A stretch of DNA of 64,000 bases from Eledone cirrhosa. Lineage: Eukaryota. The stretch spans positions 347,262,001 through 347,326,000 of the forward strand of contig OZ024741.1 in assembly GCA_964016885.1 (NCBI GenBank), given 5' to 3'. The translations under genes and the position numbers were made by a program. Below the pieces are notes generated by a model, which did not search any database, had not been told where the DNA came from, and saw only the letters and a list, made by a program, of their open reading frames with translations. Of this stretch, positions 27,020 through 41,400 are shown piece by piece; positions within the stretch are counted from its first letter, which is position 1; every line of letters begins with the position of its first letter.

Positions 27020-28200
27020 AAAACAAATCCTCCATTCCCATTATGCCAAACGCATGACTTCCAAATATCTGATCCACCGAAACTCAGCTGTTTCGGATCA
27101 CACCAAAATCAACATACTGATTGCGCATTTAGTACGGGTGATGAGAAACGTGTCCCGCAAGTGCAACCCCAAAGAACGAGAGAGACACATACAACACTTC
27201 ATCGACCGTATGCAGTCATCTGGTTACAATCAGGGAGATAAAATCAGAGTATATAGAGGAGCCAGAACCAATTGGAAAAAATGGTAAATAATGATACAAA
27301 TGGGACCTGCCCCTTGTATAGGAGCAAATTTTGGAATAGAATAGAAAGAACTAGGTAGAACGTTAATAGAATAAACTCATGGTATGATAGCAATAAATAC
27401 CAGAGTGTAATGTTCATCAATACAACCCCTAGAGGTGAATTAGCTTACAAATTTAGATGGGCCCTAGATAAACTTAAACTTAATATTAAGATAGTAAAAA
27501 TACCAGGTACCTCCATAAAAACACTTATTAGTAATACATACTCTTTTCAAAGACCTCCCTGTATAGATAAGAAATGCATAATCTGTAAACTAGGCCCCCC
27601 ATATTAACTGTAAAACTATAAACATAGTATATAGTATAAGATGTACTGAGGCACAATGTAAAGATAAGAATATAATGTACATAGGTGAGACAGCTCGTAG
27701 CATAGGAGAACGATTAAATGAACACTGGCGAGAATTCCAAGATAGAAAAGTCTCATCAGTACTCCACCAACATGCTAAAATAGAACATAAGGGCAAATTA
27801 GAGAATATAGAAATAAAAATAAAATCTAGACACAGAAAAGACGCAATGTTTAGACAAATCACAGAGACAATAAACATAAATGAACTCCAACCAAAATTAA
27901 ATAGAAAACATGAATGGAATAACAACATCACATCTTACAATTAAGGACAAAATGAAAACACACACATAGAAAAAACAACCAACCGGTAACAAAGGAGAAG
28001 CACACAACAAAGAAAATAATCCGCAGTCACTGAAGAGGTCACAGAATGTGTGACGAAAGAACTTTGAAAATATATGAACAAACGTCCGGTTGTGGAACCA
28101 ACCAACCGGAAATTTGTAAATTAAAAAAAAAAAAAATGTTTTAATTCATAATAAATTGGAGTGAAAGCAACATGAACCTCCCAAAGTATAACAATATTGG
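27020..28200 (+). mobile_element. Penelope-like element 3' fragment (RT thumb + GIY-YIG endonuclease), degenerate
   Basis: HRNSAVSDHTKINIL...RMQSSGY; IVYSIRCTEAQC...MYIGETARSIGERLNEH...HQHAKIEH...RQITETINI...LNRKHEW. Confidence 0.88.
28026..28068 (+). ncRNA. Minimal hammerhead-like motif in PLE 3' region (degenerate stems I/III)
   Basis: gtca-CTGAAGA-g.gtcaca(gaatg)tgtgac-GAAAG-aa-CTT-tga, ~85 nt after the GIY-YIG stop. Confidence 0.55.
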
Positions 28201-28543
28201 TTTCAACACACGTTTTCAGACAAAGAAACTTGCTAAATCGGATTTTAACAGCAAATCCGAGAGTCCAGGTCTGGTTATCATTTATTTTTTATCATTTATT
28301 TTGTTCTGACCTGTTTAGCTTGATTTGGTCTTTGGCTTGGGTGCTTAATGCCTTCTTGACCACCTTTTCAGTTTTGTATGGCTTCCTAACACATTGTTTA
28401 GCTCTGGTTTTTAACTATGGAGCACTTTGCCAGTATCATTTCTGATTTTAGCGTTTCGCTTCGCTTTTCCTGCCCGCCGAAATGCGATTCTCGCTGAATC
28501 ATTATATATATAGAACTACTATATATATATATATATATATATA

Positions 28544-28746
28544 TAACGAAGGAAATGTGGTAAGGAACCAGGTGGACCATAACGCACCAAAGTACTCAAT
28601 ACTTAGGGTAGTAGAGTGGGTAATAGGAACAAGTAAGACCCCGACGGCTGAGCTCAAGCTGTTTCGACGGCTAATTCTGTACTCAATTCGAGTACAGAAT
28701 TAGCCGTCGAAACGGCTTGAGCTCAGCCGTCGGGGTCTTACTTGTT

Positions 28747-28751
<5 letters not shown>
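28544..28751. mobile_element. Short fold-back PLE-derived insertion in (TA)n carrying the 3' half of an HHR
   Basis: ~62-bp inverted arms (28623-28684/28690-28751) containing GAAACGGC-ttgagctca-GCCGTC-ggggtc. Family copies at 30597-30787, 43664-43826 and 54298-54536. Confidence 0.75.
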
Positions 28752-28809
<58 letters not shown>

Positions 28810-28886
28810 TTCATTATAGAATTATTAAAGAAAGACATATATCACATCGACAATATTAATATATATGTATGTATATAAATAAATAA

Positions 28887-29003
<117 letters not shown>

Positions 29004-29269
29004 AAGAGAGAGAGAGAGAGAGGGAGAGAGAGAGAGATATATAGTAGTGCTACTACGATTCACTCTGTCCAGTTGTGCAGCAAAAAGTCTTTAGAAATGA
29101 AACACGCATCTTTCAAATATTTCGGCCCTTAGTCTCTAAGGAGACCAAACCACATCTTAGTGGCATCCACAATATTAACGAGAAGAGAAACAAAAGTTTT
29201 GTAAGAAGACATCTTTGAAAATTGGAATATATAAGTAAAACATTATTTTTTAAAAACATTTGTGGAGTT

Positions 29270-29470
29270 TCATCATCATCATAATCATCACTGTTTAACG
29301 TCCATTTTTCTACTCTACATAGGTGAGACGATTTGTGACGTTGTGAAACACGCTAGATCAGATTACTGTGACTTGCTCATGCAGAACTGTTTCTGATTTA
29401 GTTTCTACTGTTAGATACCTCTCCTAACGCCAACCACATTTGTAGTATGGACTGGGCGGTTATAGTCGTG
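29270..29470 (-). mobile_element. SINE/LINE 3' tail remnant with (ATG)n end
   Basis: catcatcatcat...gtttaacgtccattttt...cctctcctaacgccaaccac, typical of a short-repeat-tailed retroposon end. Confidence 0.45.
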
Positions 29471-30596
29471 GCCTCAAAACGACTACGTTACAGTGAGGAC
29501 TGGCAGTGGAATGACGGTGGTGCGTGTATGTTTGGTAGGAATTGGATTGTGATGTCTAGGTTGGGGCACTTTGCTCGTGAAGTGTGGAGTGTTAGGGTGA
29601 AAGAGGTGTATGGAAGGTGTTAATTTTATGTGGTACCATTGTCCAGAATTTGCTAATATTTTAACAACGTTTTTGGTACCCTTTTGATACCCTTTCGTCA
29701 GAGTGAGACAGAGCCGAACCGCAGAATTACAATTAGAACTCACTCAACGGGCTTCCACAGAGTTTTCATTTACTTTATTTCACTCCCCCCATTGAGTTGA
29801 CCTAAAGGAACTGGTAAAAATCACTGACCCCACTCAATGGTACAAAACTATGCCAGATTCTCACATTAGGATACCGCAAAAATATTCCAGTGAAACCATG
29901 GGGCATTCGACTTATACTTGATTGCCAGTGACAATCATTGAATAATTATATTCTTTCGTTATTTAGTTATAACTCTTTTGGCACATTACAATTTGAGGTA
30001 CTAATAGGCCCTGAAATATTTGTTTTCCTAATATTAACCATTTAAAATCTATACCTTGGTTATATATCTAAAACTTTACATCATGATATTATCTAGTTAG
30101 CCCCAAATATCTCCTACGTAATCATGTATGTTAATGCAATGTAACATTAAGATAACCACAAAACGATATCACTGCGAACATTGGGCTGTGTTGACACACA
30201 CTGACACAAACATCTACATGCACATGCACACACAATGACACAAAGATATAATAGAAACAATACATATGCCGATATCAACTAATGCATATAAGGTAAAACA
30301 CGTTAAAGTGTATCATATTTTCAAATACCTCTTAGTAAATTTATATGATCTACATTTTTAATTTTATCAGAGAATCACAAGGGAAATTGCTTAGCGATTC
30401 TGGTGGAATGATGTACATTTAAGTATCTAATGTCTAGAGGATATAGGATATTAGGTCAATTCTGAATTAATTATTCAAAGTAAATTATACAGTATACTCA
30501 TCACCCACGCATCCATATGCACACACACGGAGACAAATACACACACATAGACTCATTCATATATGTATAATTAGAAAACAGTCATATATATATATA

Positions 30597-30787
30597 TAAC
30601 GAAGGAATTGTGGTAAGGAACCAGATGGACCATAACGCACCAAAGTACTCAATACTTAGTGTAGTAGAGTGGGTAATATGAACAAATATGACCACGACGG
30701 CAGAGCTCAAGCCGTTTCGACGGCTATTTCCAGAAATAGCCGTCGAAACGGCTTGATCTCTTCCGTCGGGGTCATATTTGTTCCTAT
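30597..30787. mobile_element. Fold-back PLE-derived insertion (same family as 28544-28751)
   Basis: Same 80-bp tail; hairpin centred at 30731-30732; flanked by TA repeats. Confidence 0.72.
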
Positions 30788-30795
30788 ATATATAT

Positions 30796-30829
<34 letters not shown>

Positions 30830-31299
30830 TGTAGAGAACCAGCGCCCGACGGCCGAACTCTTGACATTTAGATAGCAAATTCCAGACTGGACATTTATAT
30901 TGCTGCTGTGAATAAGCCATCTTATTAGTGGCCTGGCCTAAGGTGATTGACGTGTGGAGCATGTGGAGAAGAGGCCAACAAAATGTTATTCACCCACGCA
31001 CGAATATCCAGCAACATCAAAACATACTGGCAGATTTTTGTAGACACTGTCACAAAGACATGTATAAGACACACCCCACACAAATCTGGGAACAAAACAA
31101 AAGTGCAGAAACCCGCCTAACTGAAAATGTGTTATCAGAAAAATAAAAGAAAAGAACAAACAAAAAATATCAACAATCTAAAATGCTGCCAACATCAACA
31201 CACACATCGAATGCTATCGCACTGCTCGAATCAAAAGCATATAACCTCTAAAAATGCAAAAGACCATCATCAATAGCTAAAGAACCAGACAATGCTAAA

Positions 31300-32900
31300 A
31301 CCATCTGTCTGATACTGCCGAAGCAATACTGCTGTTTTCAGCAATACTGATTTAGTTGATATACACTGTATCAGTGCGGTTAATTCCCAACACACTATAT
31401 CGGACATAACGTTTCGCGTTTCTGATGTCTTAAAAGAAATTAAACATAATTCAGCAGTAGGCCGCGATAGGTTCCCCGCTTGTATCCTGAAGATGTGCTG
31501 ACACCTGCCTGTATCTCCTCTTGATAAGCTGTAGAGGAAGCTACTGGTTCCCGGCTCTATACCTGATAACTTCCTGTCTCAGTCTATAAACAGTGAAACA
31601 AGTCCCTTACCATGAATTACCGTCCGATCTCATTCACCTTTCATATTAGCAACATATTTGAAAGGGTGGTGAGATCAAGACTAACTCACCTCCTTAAAAG
31701 CAACAATCTGCTGAACTCCACCTAACATGGGTTCCGTAATCGAAGCGACTGCCTAACGCAGCTGTTGCATCACTTTCATGATATTTTAAGAGTTTTGGGA
31801 AGAGGGTTGATCCCAACATTCTACTGAAATTACTATCCAATATTGGTGTCTCGGGAATGTTAGTGCAATGGATCAAGTTTCCCGACAAACGGAACCCAGC
31901 ATGTTGTAGTCGATGGAGTACTATCAAAACTAGCCAAAGTCAGTAGTGGTGTTCCACAAGACACTGTGTTGAGCTCACGTCTTTTCATTATCTATATAAA
32001 TGAGGTTACTAACGTCATAAATTGCTGCAACATAAGAATCTTTACTAATGATATCTAGCTCCAGAAGGTCATCAATGGAGTAGGAGACCGGGCATGCCTT
32101 CAATCAGATCCACTTGCTGTTATCCAATGGGTGGAAAAGAACAATATGCTGCTGAACCAGGATAGATTTCAATCAATCCCCTTTGGAAAAAATGATGCAG
32201 CAAAAGTCTCATATTCCCTTTTTTCAGGTGAAACTCTCGTGGCATCCAACAACATTAGAGCCTTGGGTGTAATTGTTGAAAATAACATAAGCTGGGTCAC
32301 TCATATAAACAGCAGCGTTGATTTGGCCCACAGAATGTGTTCCTGGATTCTCAGAACTTTTCAGTCGAGAGATATCCACACTATTATTCTTCTCTTCTCT
32401 ACTTTAGCCCAACTCCACCCTGAATACTGTTGTCCACTCTAGTCTCCTCAAACGATACCATGTATTATAAAAATTGAAGCAAATCAAGTGTCAACCACAA
32501 AACAGATAGACGTCTTGACTATTAGGATCGACTAGAACAGCTCAAACTCTATTCTCTCCAACGCCGCCGAACGCGCTACTTTATCTGCATGATGTGGAGA
32601 ATATTTCATCAGTATTGCCCAAATGATGTTTGTATCATAGTTAATGTACAATTAAGGCTTGGGCCACGTTATATCCGCTCACAACAAAAATCAAACTCTC
32701 AACTCATAACAAAGATACGGCAGAGTTATTTTACCTCAACTAGTCCCGCTCTCTTTAACATAAAATCAAACAGAATCAGGCTCCATAAAATTCAAAACGT
32801 CTTTTGACAAATTTCTCCAATAAATTCTGGATAAACTTCCTACATGCGGATATGTCTCCATAAACAATAACGCTCTACTTGAGTGGGCCATGGTGTCTTG
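31300..32900 (+). mobile_element. Degenerate CR1/Jockey-group LINE RT fragment
   Basis: NYRPISF, VVDGVLSKLAKVSSGVPQDTVLSSRLFIIYIN, IRALGVIVENNISWVTHI, HPEYCCPL; multiple stops and frameshifts. Confidence 0.8.
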
Positions 32901-35900
32901 ATTTGCAAAACAATGATCTTTGGAGCTATATTTGTGAGCGCACGCGCGTTTGTGTGTGTGTGTGTCTACATTATCAATATATTTTTTCGGTGTGTACATG
33001 AGTGTCCATGTCTATACTTGTTTGTGCGTTTCAATACATTTTTTTAGAACGTACGATAAATATATGTTTTATCTGTTCACATGAGTTATGCAAACACAGA
33101 AACTGCGCAACTCGATAGCTTCACAGCATTTAAGCAATCTTCGTCTATATATCGTTGTAGATATAATATAGACCACTCATTTTTCGGCTTTGTGTGCCCG
33201 GTGCCATACTATATTTTCCGCAAGACAGTAATTAGACGTGCATATATTATCTCTATACTTGACCTCTAACGATGCATACAGAAATATAGAAAGTAAAAGT
33301 AAAGGAAAATAAAAACTCGTTTATCAAATGCTAATGCAAAATCGAGATTTGCATTCATGTTTCTCTTCTTCCTGTTTTATTCCCTTTTTCAACATTCATA
33401 TATGTCATATGTTTCAATGAATCCACCATAATGTCTCCAAGGGAAATGCATCGAAGTGTCTTGTACAGATAGATATGACTACTATTAAATCGTTCGTCAA
33501 TATAATTTGTTTCATTGATGGAAGTTGTTCTCATTTTTCTAAGGTTCATAACCTTTCTATAAAACATTATATGGAAAAGTAGCCATGAAAGCGATCGGAT
33601 AATAGGTATAGTACAATTTGCCCAACTGAGACAGAACTAAGATATCCAGTGCATATGCTGTACCAACAGATTTTATCTTCGTACTTTTTTATTTGATGTT
33701 GCATAATATCATAACATGAAAATATAATTATTTTCAGGGAACAAGATTCGTGCTAATTTTTGCGCGGTAATCATTTAACATTCTACATACGACCCCAAAT
33801 GCATATTCCTTCCCAATGGTAATGTGCATTAAATACAATTGACATTTCCCACATTTCAATCATTTGCCATATGTTGGTTTTCTAGATGCTTGTTAGAAGT
33901 GTACTATTCATATATCATGCTGATATATGAGTAGTGTACTCCTATGTGATATCGGTGAATTAATAGAAAATCAACAAAATATTAGCGATGTGTACAGTTG
34001 CAGAGAATTATATATTCTTTACCGAGATGGAACTTGTATGAAAAAATTCATATAGAAAATCATATTAAATTTATAGTATTGCATTCGGTGTTTTCCCATT
34101 TGAAAATATTGAATGCAGCGAAAAATTGTAATCAAGAAGCATGGTGTGACATATAATCTATAACCGGAACATAGGATAATAGGGTCACGTGAATTGTCAT
34201 AGTATTATGGACACTTGGAAACTTAATATTAGAAGTGACTGTAAAAAAGAAATTATGAATTGGGCTACGTAAAAACACGTCTTGAATATATATATGGGCG
34301 TGCGTAGATATTAATGCATACGGACGTACGTATGTATGTATGTATGCATGTATGTATGTATGTATGTATGTATGTATGTATGTTTGTGTGTATGTATGTA
34401 TGTATGTATGTATGGATGTATGTATGTATGTATGTATGTATATATGCATGTGTGTCTATATGTATGTATGAGTGAATATATGTATGTACGTGTGTATATA
34501 TATTTATCTCTCTCTTTCTCTCTCTCACTCTCTCTCTCACTCTTTCTCTCTCTGTCTCTCTTCTATATATCTATATGGGTGTAATGTATATATAAATACA
34601 TACATTACATACATTTTTATATTAATATGTACATATATATATATATATGCGTGGGGTGAGTGTGTGTCTTTGTGGTTCTGAGTGTGTGTGTGACTATATA
34701 TATATATATATATATATTAGCTGCATCTCTGTTTATGTCCATGAATCAGTTTTTGTTTTTATTTCGTAATTCTAAGAAATTTGTTAATAAACTGGTGCCA
34801 AAAAATAACCGTCATGTCTTGTGTCGCACACAGCGAATTAAAACTGTCCCCAATGTTGATGCAGTGTCTCCTTGAATGACAAAGGCAGAAATTAATCTTA
34901 GTTGAACATTCAATTCTTTAAACATTACACATATTCTATTTATAAGCAATATTTGATGTTATGATTATTTTCTGAGATGTATAAACAATATATTTAATTA
35001 ATTTGCTTTAAACAATAACCATTTCCACTTTCCATCGATGCAACCGTTAATGATTAAAACGTCAGTTTATCTTCTCAATAGTTGACATGAATGCCACCAC
35101 TCGACCTGCGAGAAATAGTAGCTAATTGTGTTGGTGAAAGTGAAGTATATAGTTTAAATTTGTCATGCCAAAATGTGTATTGGTAACCAAATGGCTGGGG
35201 CGCAGTTTAATATATCAAATGTTTGGTCAATGAAAAACTCATTCAATAATGATTCGAAATCACAAAAGAACATCATTAAGTTGGAAACATTTTTTTTTTC
35301 ATTGAAATATAATAAATATTGACGGACTTTTCAAATCAAGTCCCTGTAATATACATAAAATTCTGTCTGATTTTTTCTTTTTTTTTTAAATCCATCCAGT
35401 TTCATTGGAACAGATAGTTAATTCTGGGACACTCCATATAACCGTTTGTTTCTTAGCTGTATTTCGTATATCTTTTATGAATGTTTTCCAGTGATTACCA
35501 TCTGGTTTCTTTTTCTGATATTATGGAATACAATGGGAAATTCGTGCTTCGTTAAGCATCTTGTGTGGGAATGTAGGTGTTATTACCAACAATATGTGTT
35601 ACATCGTTGGGAAATACTTTGCTAACGGGAGATCGGCAGTATTATATAGTTTGGTTTCGATTGTATTTTTAGACGTTAACTTAACAACCCAATTTTTCTC
35701 AACCAATCTTAAGTGGTAAGCTCGGTTTCTTTTCAAACTTTACTTCAGAAAGGAAAAAGATCAACGTGTATGTAGCGGGGATTATATAAGATGTCGTTTC
35801 ACACAGTGCAAAATATCATACATTGAATGCCTAGAATGCGTACACCCACCCTGGATGGAAGGTATATTGCTTTTAAAAACGTTTCACACCTTTGCTCTTT

Positions 35901-38334
35901 CATTTGTTTCATCTCCTTCATTGTTTTCTTTCGTGCCGGACTTCTACTACCTATTTCCCATTATCTGTATAAAGAGCATGGTTGTGACTCAATGGGCTGA
36001 TATTATTAGCTGCTACTGGTTTTGTCTACTCTTCTGATTTATTGTGTCATTCTTTTTCTTCTTTCCTTAATATTTGCAACATATATATAACTGCCATGCA
36101 TTTTATCATATAACTTTCATATTGTCTGTCACACATTATGAATACTTTATGAATATATATTGGTTTCAAGCATCTGTAACCTACTTCTTTCCAAAATATT
36201 TTTTTTTTATCTAAGAAATGGTACGCTACTCTAATCCTGTCACTATTCCCATTTACATCCCGCCGCACAACGATGATGTATTTATGTACAACGTGATACC
36301 TCGTTTTCTCATTTTTAACTAGTTTTTCTGGATGTCTAGTCATAATTTAATTTTGTTTTGTAGTTTTTGATATCTTTACTCTTATGTCTGCCGATTGAAT
36401 AAGGTGATAGTCGGTACAGCAATCGTTGATGGTAATGAATGTCTTTTTTGCTGATGTATAATTCATTTGCAAAGTCTTTGATCGTGTATTGTTGATATTG
36501 CCGTCATTAATACTGTGACTGTAATTGTTTTTACTAATATTGCTCTTGCGTCATTTTTCTCGTCTACGAAGCTAGTAAATTACAAGTATCAATATAAAAC
36601 TAAAATAGCCAATGTCATATATCTAAAGCCTCTGATATATAACTATATACACTCATCGTTAACCAAACTCAAAAGGATACATACGCAGCTATTTACCCTG
36701 TAAATCTCATCCATCGATTAAATATGCTGACGCAATAATATTCACGTGATAACTACACAACTAAATATTTAGATACTGGATTTATGTGTCTATTTTGAAA
36801 ATCGATCCACCTTTATTTTTTATTACTTATATGTGCAATAAGAGAATGTTATATCTGGACCCATTGTAAAATATTTATATGTAAATTTGTGAAACTTTTC
36901 ATTCATTACGCATGCTTGTATTCTTGCTATTACGGATGTGCATATTTGAAACCAGATTCTCAGACTAAATGATTTAGCATGTTCATCGATCCAAAAGTCG
37001 ATATATACACACATGCATACAGAGATGGACGGACATGGAAATAAACGCACACCCTAAAGTCATTTACAAATAAATTGGCTTCGTCACAAAATAATCAAAT
37101 ATATGTTATTTGCCATGTATTCTTGTGAACGATCGTAGAGATTTTATGACACATTTGGGAAATTGTTATCGTAATAGCCTGATTTTATATATTAAATCGG
37201 GATTATATCATAACATCTAAACATTAAACCAGCAAAGTTTACGATGCTCACGTTAGCATTTGTGACGATATATATTTATCGAAGCGATATACTCTAACGC
37301 TTCCAGAAATTCGATTAGCAGAATCAAGTGAGTAAGACGCAAACATCTGATGACTGTTCAATTATTTTGCTAATATACTCTATGCGCCATGTATCCGTAG
37401 CCAATACAAATCCTCAAAATGTATTGATCAACAATGTTTGCGTTTATGTATGAACTATATGAGTATATGTATGGCAATATGAATATGAACATTTCTATTA
37501 ATAGCGTAAAGCTTTACGGAACGCAGTAAGTCAGGACAACTAGAGTTTAACGCAAAATTCCGACGAATTATGAGATCAGTCTAATCCAGGCAAGCTAGAA
37601 CTTCCTAAAAGTTTAAAATAGACTCGGAATTGGAAGATTAAATATGACTTACAGATTAAAAGGCAATTAAAAATTAAATAAGAACGTTAATTAAATTAAT
37701 TGCATAGTGGTAGAGATACACGTCTAGAGAGAATACAATGTTCTAGATATTACTTGCTTGGTACAAACATACACAGGATATAGAGTTAGGAGCAGTGTAT
37801 TACAGCCCTGTGTATTTATCACTTTTTAATCTAATATGAAATGATTTTATACTTACTGTCTCACTCTTATATATGTGGTTATATCTATTCTGATTTCATG
37901 CTGGGTCTACTATTTCAGATATATCCAGCGTATTTTCTGTTATACTGATGCCGCTACTAATTATTACCATAAAAATGTAATAGTAAAATCACGTTTTATT
38001 TCGTTACGGCCTTCTACAAATATATCAGAATGCGTTTCAATTCCTGTCAAGAAATTATGTAATATACGGTAAAGTTATAATTTCAACATGTGATTTTATG
38101 TGACTATATTGTTTGATAAAACGCATATTGAAGAATTTACAACTATAAACATATTATTACATATTCCACAAACCCCAATACGAGAAGCCGAAATCGTGAG
38201 AAAATGTATTAGACAGAATCATTAAGAATATAAGAATATTGCTAGTTGCCAATACTGTTTTAACAAAATCTTAAGAGCAAAGAACGTGAGAATAGGATTT
38301 AATTTGACGACATGGTTCTAAACAATCTCTAATC

Positions 38335-38490
38335 CAAGCTTTTTGTTTATGCGAGATTTGAAACTACGAAATATGAAACGCCAATCAAGTGTCGCAAGTG
38401 CTGACTAAAAGAAGGTGCAGCTCGGTTATGAGCATGGACGTTTGGCGTGAGAAAATGTGTAGTTGTCAAAGTGAAGAAGGGAAAACTTCA
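38335..38490 (+). mobile_element. Tiny degenerate R4-like RT fragment
   Basis: LFMRDLKL ... FGVRKCVVVKVKKGKL resembles LFYMDDLKL...FGLDKCA...RGKL of the Dong elements in this window. Confidence 0.35.
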
Positions 38491-41400
38491 ATTTAATTTT
38501 AAATCCATATCAGAGCCAGATGTTCAGATGTATATATGATTATAGTTTTGATTTCTATACTGTCAAAAGCCTAAAATGAAATTATTTCTATTTCTACAAC
38601 ATCTTCTGTATTTCAACATCAGTTATACAGTCCTTTTAAGATTAAATATAATTATAGTTTTGGTTTCTATGCTTTCAACTACAAAAAAAATAATTTATTA
38701 AGCTTTCAAATACGAAATATGAACTCATGAAATCAAGGCAAATCGTTGTTAGAAGCAGTAATTCCAGTCACACCACTCGTATAACTGCTACTATTTCTGC
38801 TACTGATGATGTTGTTGAAACGACCTCACGTGTTATTTATATCTGCCTATCCCACCTGGAAAGTAGGTAGATAATTGTTTCTACTTTTGGCACAAGTCCA
38901 ACAATTACTGGTACTTTATTTTTATCGTTTACTGGTACTTTATTTTATGGACCCTGTAAGGATGCAAGGCAAGGTTAACCCTAAACCAGGTAAATAATGA
39001 TTATCCGCCGATTTGTTGAAAAGGGATTTCGATAGTATAGTATGTCTGCCTGTGGGTATACATGTTGTGTGCTGTATGTATGAATTAACGTAGTGTGTCC
39101 GCGATATGAGTGTGGTGTCGACATTTTAGTGTTGTGCATTGGAACAAATAGTCTTGTTAATTTGATCTGTTTGTGCCTATATATATTATACAAGAGTGCA
39201 TGTGTATTTGTGTTTGCGTATGCGTGTGCGTGTATGTGTGTATGTTGGTATGTAGGTATGTATGTGTGTGTGTGTGTGTGTGATTGTGAGTATAAACATA
39301 CATAAGTACTTTACCACAAGAGAAATACGAGATGAACAGATATTCAACATTCATTAACAAATTATTTATTTCTACTATGATTAGAGATTACTTGAAATAT
39401 TATGAGTGGCGATTAAACAGAATTCAACGTCACTATTTTAGAAATACATATATAAAAATTTCATATCTATTGCAGATATCAAATATTTTTTACCGATGAA
39501 TTATTCATTTAATAATGGAATAACCGGCTGTATTTCGGGGATGAGGTGGAGAGATAAAAACTTTATTTCCTGAATTTATCCCATCCATTAGAATCTTTTG
39601 CGATGATTTTTACAACTTTTCCTTTCCATTCTTCTTAAATTCATTTTGCACATTATTGGTGAACAATCCAGAAACATGTTTCTTCAGATTTAGTTATGAG
39701 ATGTGTTATTCTATGTCGGTGAAATTTTAGTAAAAGTGACCATTCAGTAGGAAACCTGTGAAAACATATTTCTTATATACTTTTGGCTAAAAATACACAT
39801 TTTAGGAAGCTCAACCTGCTAAATATTATACTTCACCTATTTATCTGTTGAAAGATACAATGCAGAACGTTGACTGGCTACACGAGGTGTCTTCTTCTAC
39901 AATAGCTTCAAAATAAGAATAAAAATAAATACCCATGAAAACGAAATGTTGTCACCTTTTATTTCATTGTGAGGTTCTAGAGTATGAGACATTTTCACCA
40001 ACTTGATGAAACTTGAACACCATTGCATTAGAATCGCTACGAAGATATCTTACTACATACCTCAAACAGAATTCTTTAAAACTGAAATTATAAATGATGT
40101 TCCTCGGATCCCCTTTCGACACCGCTTCTCTTCAATTTGTAGCTTCCTAGATTTTTCTAGATATACATAGAAGCAATCCGCCAAATCATCTGTCATTAGT
40201 TTCCGTATTAGCGGAATGCACGTTGCTGGTAAAAAGTTTGATATATTATATGGAAGGTACTTGATGGTACATTTGCAGAGAAGGCAATAGATGTTTTTTG
40301 TTTTGTGTACAGGAAGGAAAATTTCCATTGAAAAAAAATGAGATAAGAAAGGATCTCAGGGTATGAATGTTCGCCTGCTTACCGTTAACACAATTTGAGG
40401 CATAGCTTGCGCTGAATTATCACTTACTGAAAGACATTTTTCAGTATCTTCTCGTTGAATTAGCTGGAAATATTGGTCTGCACATGTGATCTAACAGGTC
40501 AGTCTTTTACATGCAGTGTTACGCTGAATCTCCCTCATATATCGTTAACTGCAGACGACTCTATGAAATACTCAGTCACATGTACAGTATTTTCATCAGC
40601 ATGTGTTTGGAGCCCAACACATACACACGCTCACAAACGCACGCACACATACAAGCACACAAGCGCGCACACACACACACACACACATCAAATGGACCTC
40701 ATCAAATCTGACCAAGGAAACAATATTTTAATTGGTTTTTCCCTTGTTGAAACTCTCTATATATACGAACGTCCAGCAACTATAGTTCAGTGTGCACAAA
40801 TACTTTAATCAACCTTGAGAGTAGCGGCAACGTGGGTGTTGATGATTGCCCCATACTTACGTTAGGTTCTGGACCACGAACTGATCAGGCAGTTACAGCT
40901 GCACCTGGCATACACAGCGGCAACGTTAACAATGATGATTGTATACCAGATTCTTTTACTTTATCGCTATTTCATATACCTTGAATAAAATCTTCTGTGT
41001 TCAGACATTGAAAGGAATAATCTTCACCGTGATAATAAACCAAGTCACGCTTTGTGTTACTACTGCACCCCTACGACTCAAGCAAACATTAATGTCTCAC
41101 AGCATGGCAAATATTTGTATGAGTGTTGTCTGTTTGTTGATTCATATATATCTGTGTCATTGATATTTTTTTTTCAAAATATGTTTACCGTTTTACCGTT
41201 TATTGTGAAAATAAAAACTGTTGACTATTTTTTTATTTGGAAAAAATATATTCATAAAATAAATTTCGAAATATTTTTTGATTCATATTTAATTATTTAA
41301 GAATCAATCATTTCATTCTAGTTATCCTGACTAGTCTGGCCAAGATCTATAATCATTTGGAATTTATTAGTTAACATTTTATATCACTTTTCTTTTTTTG

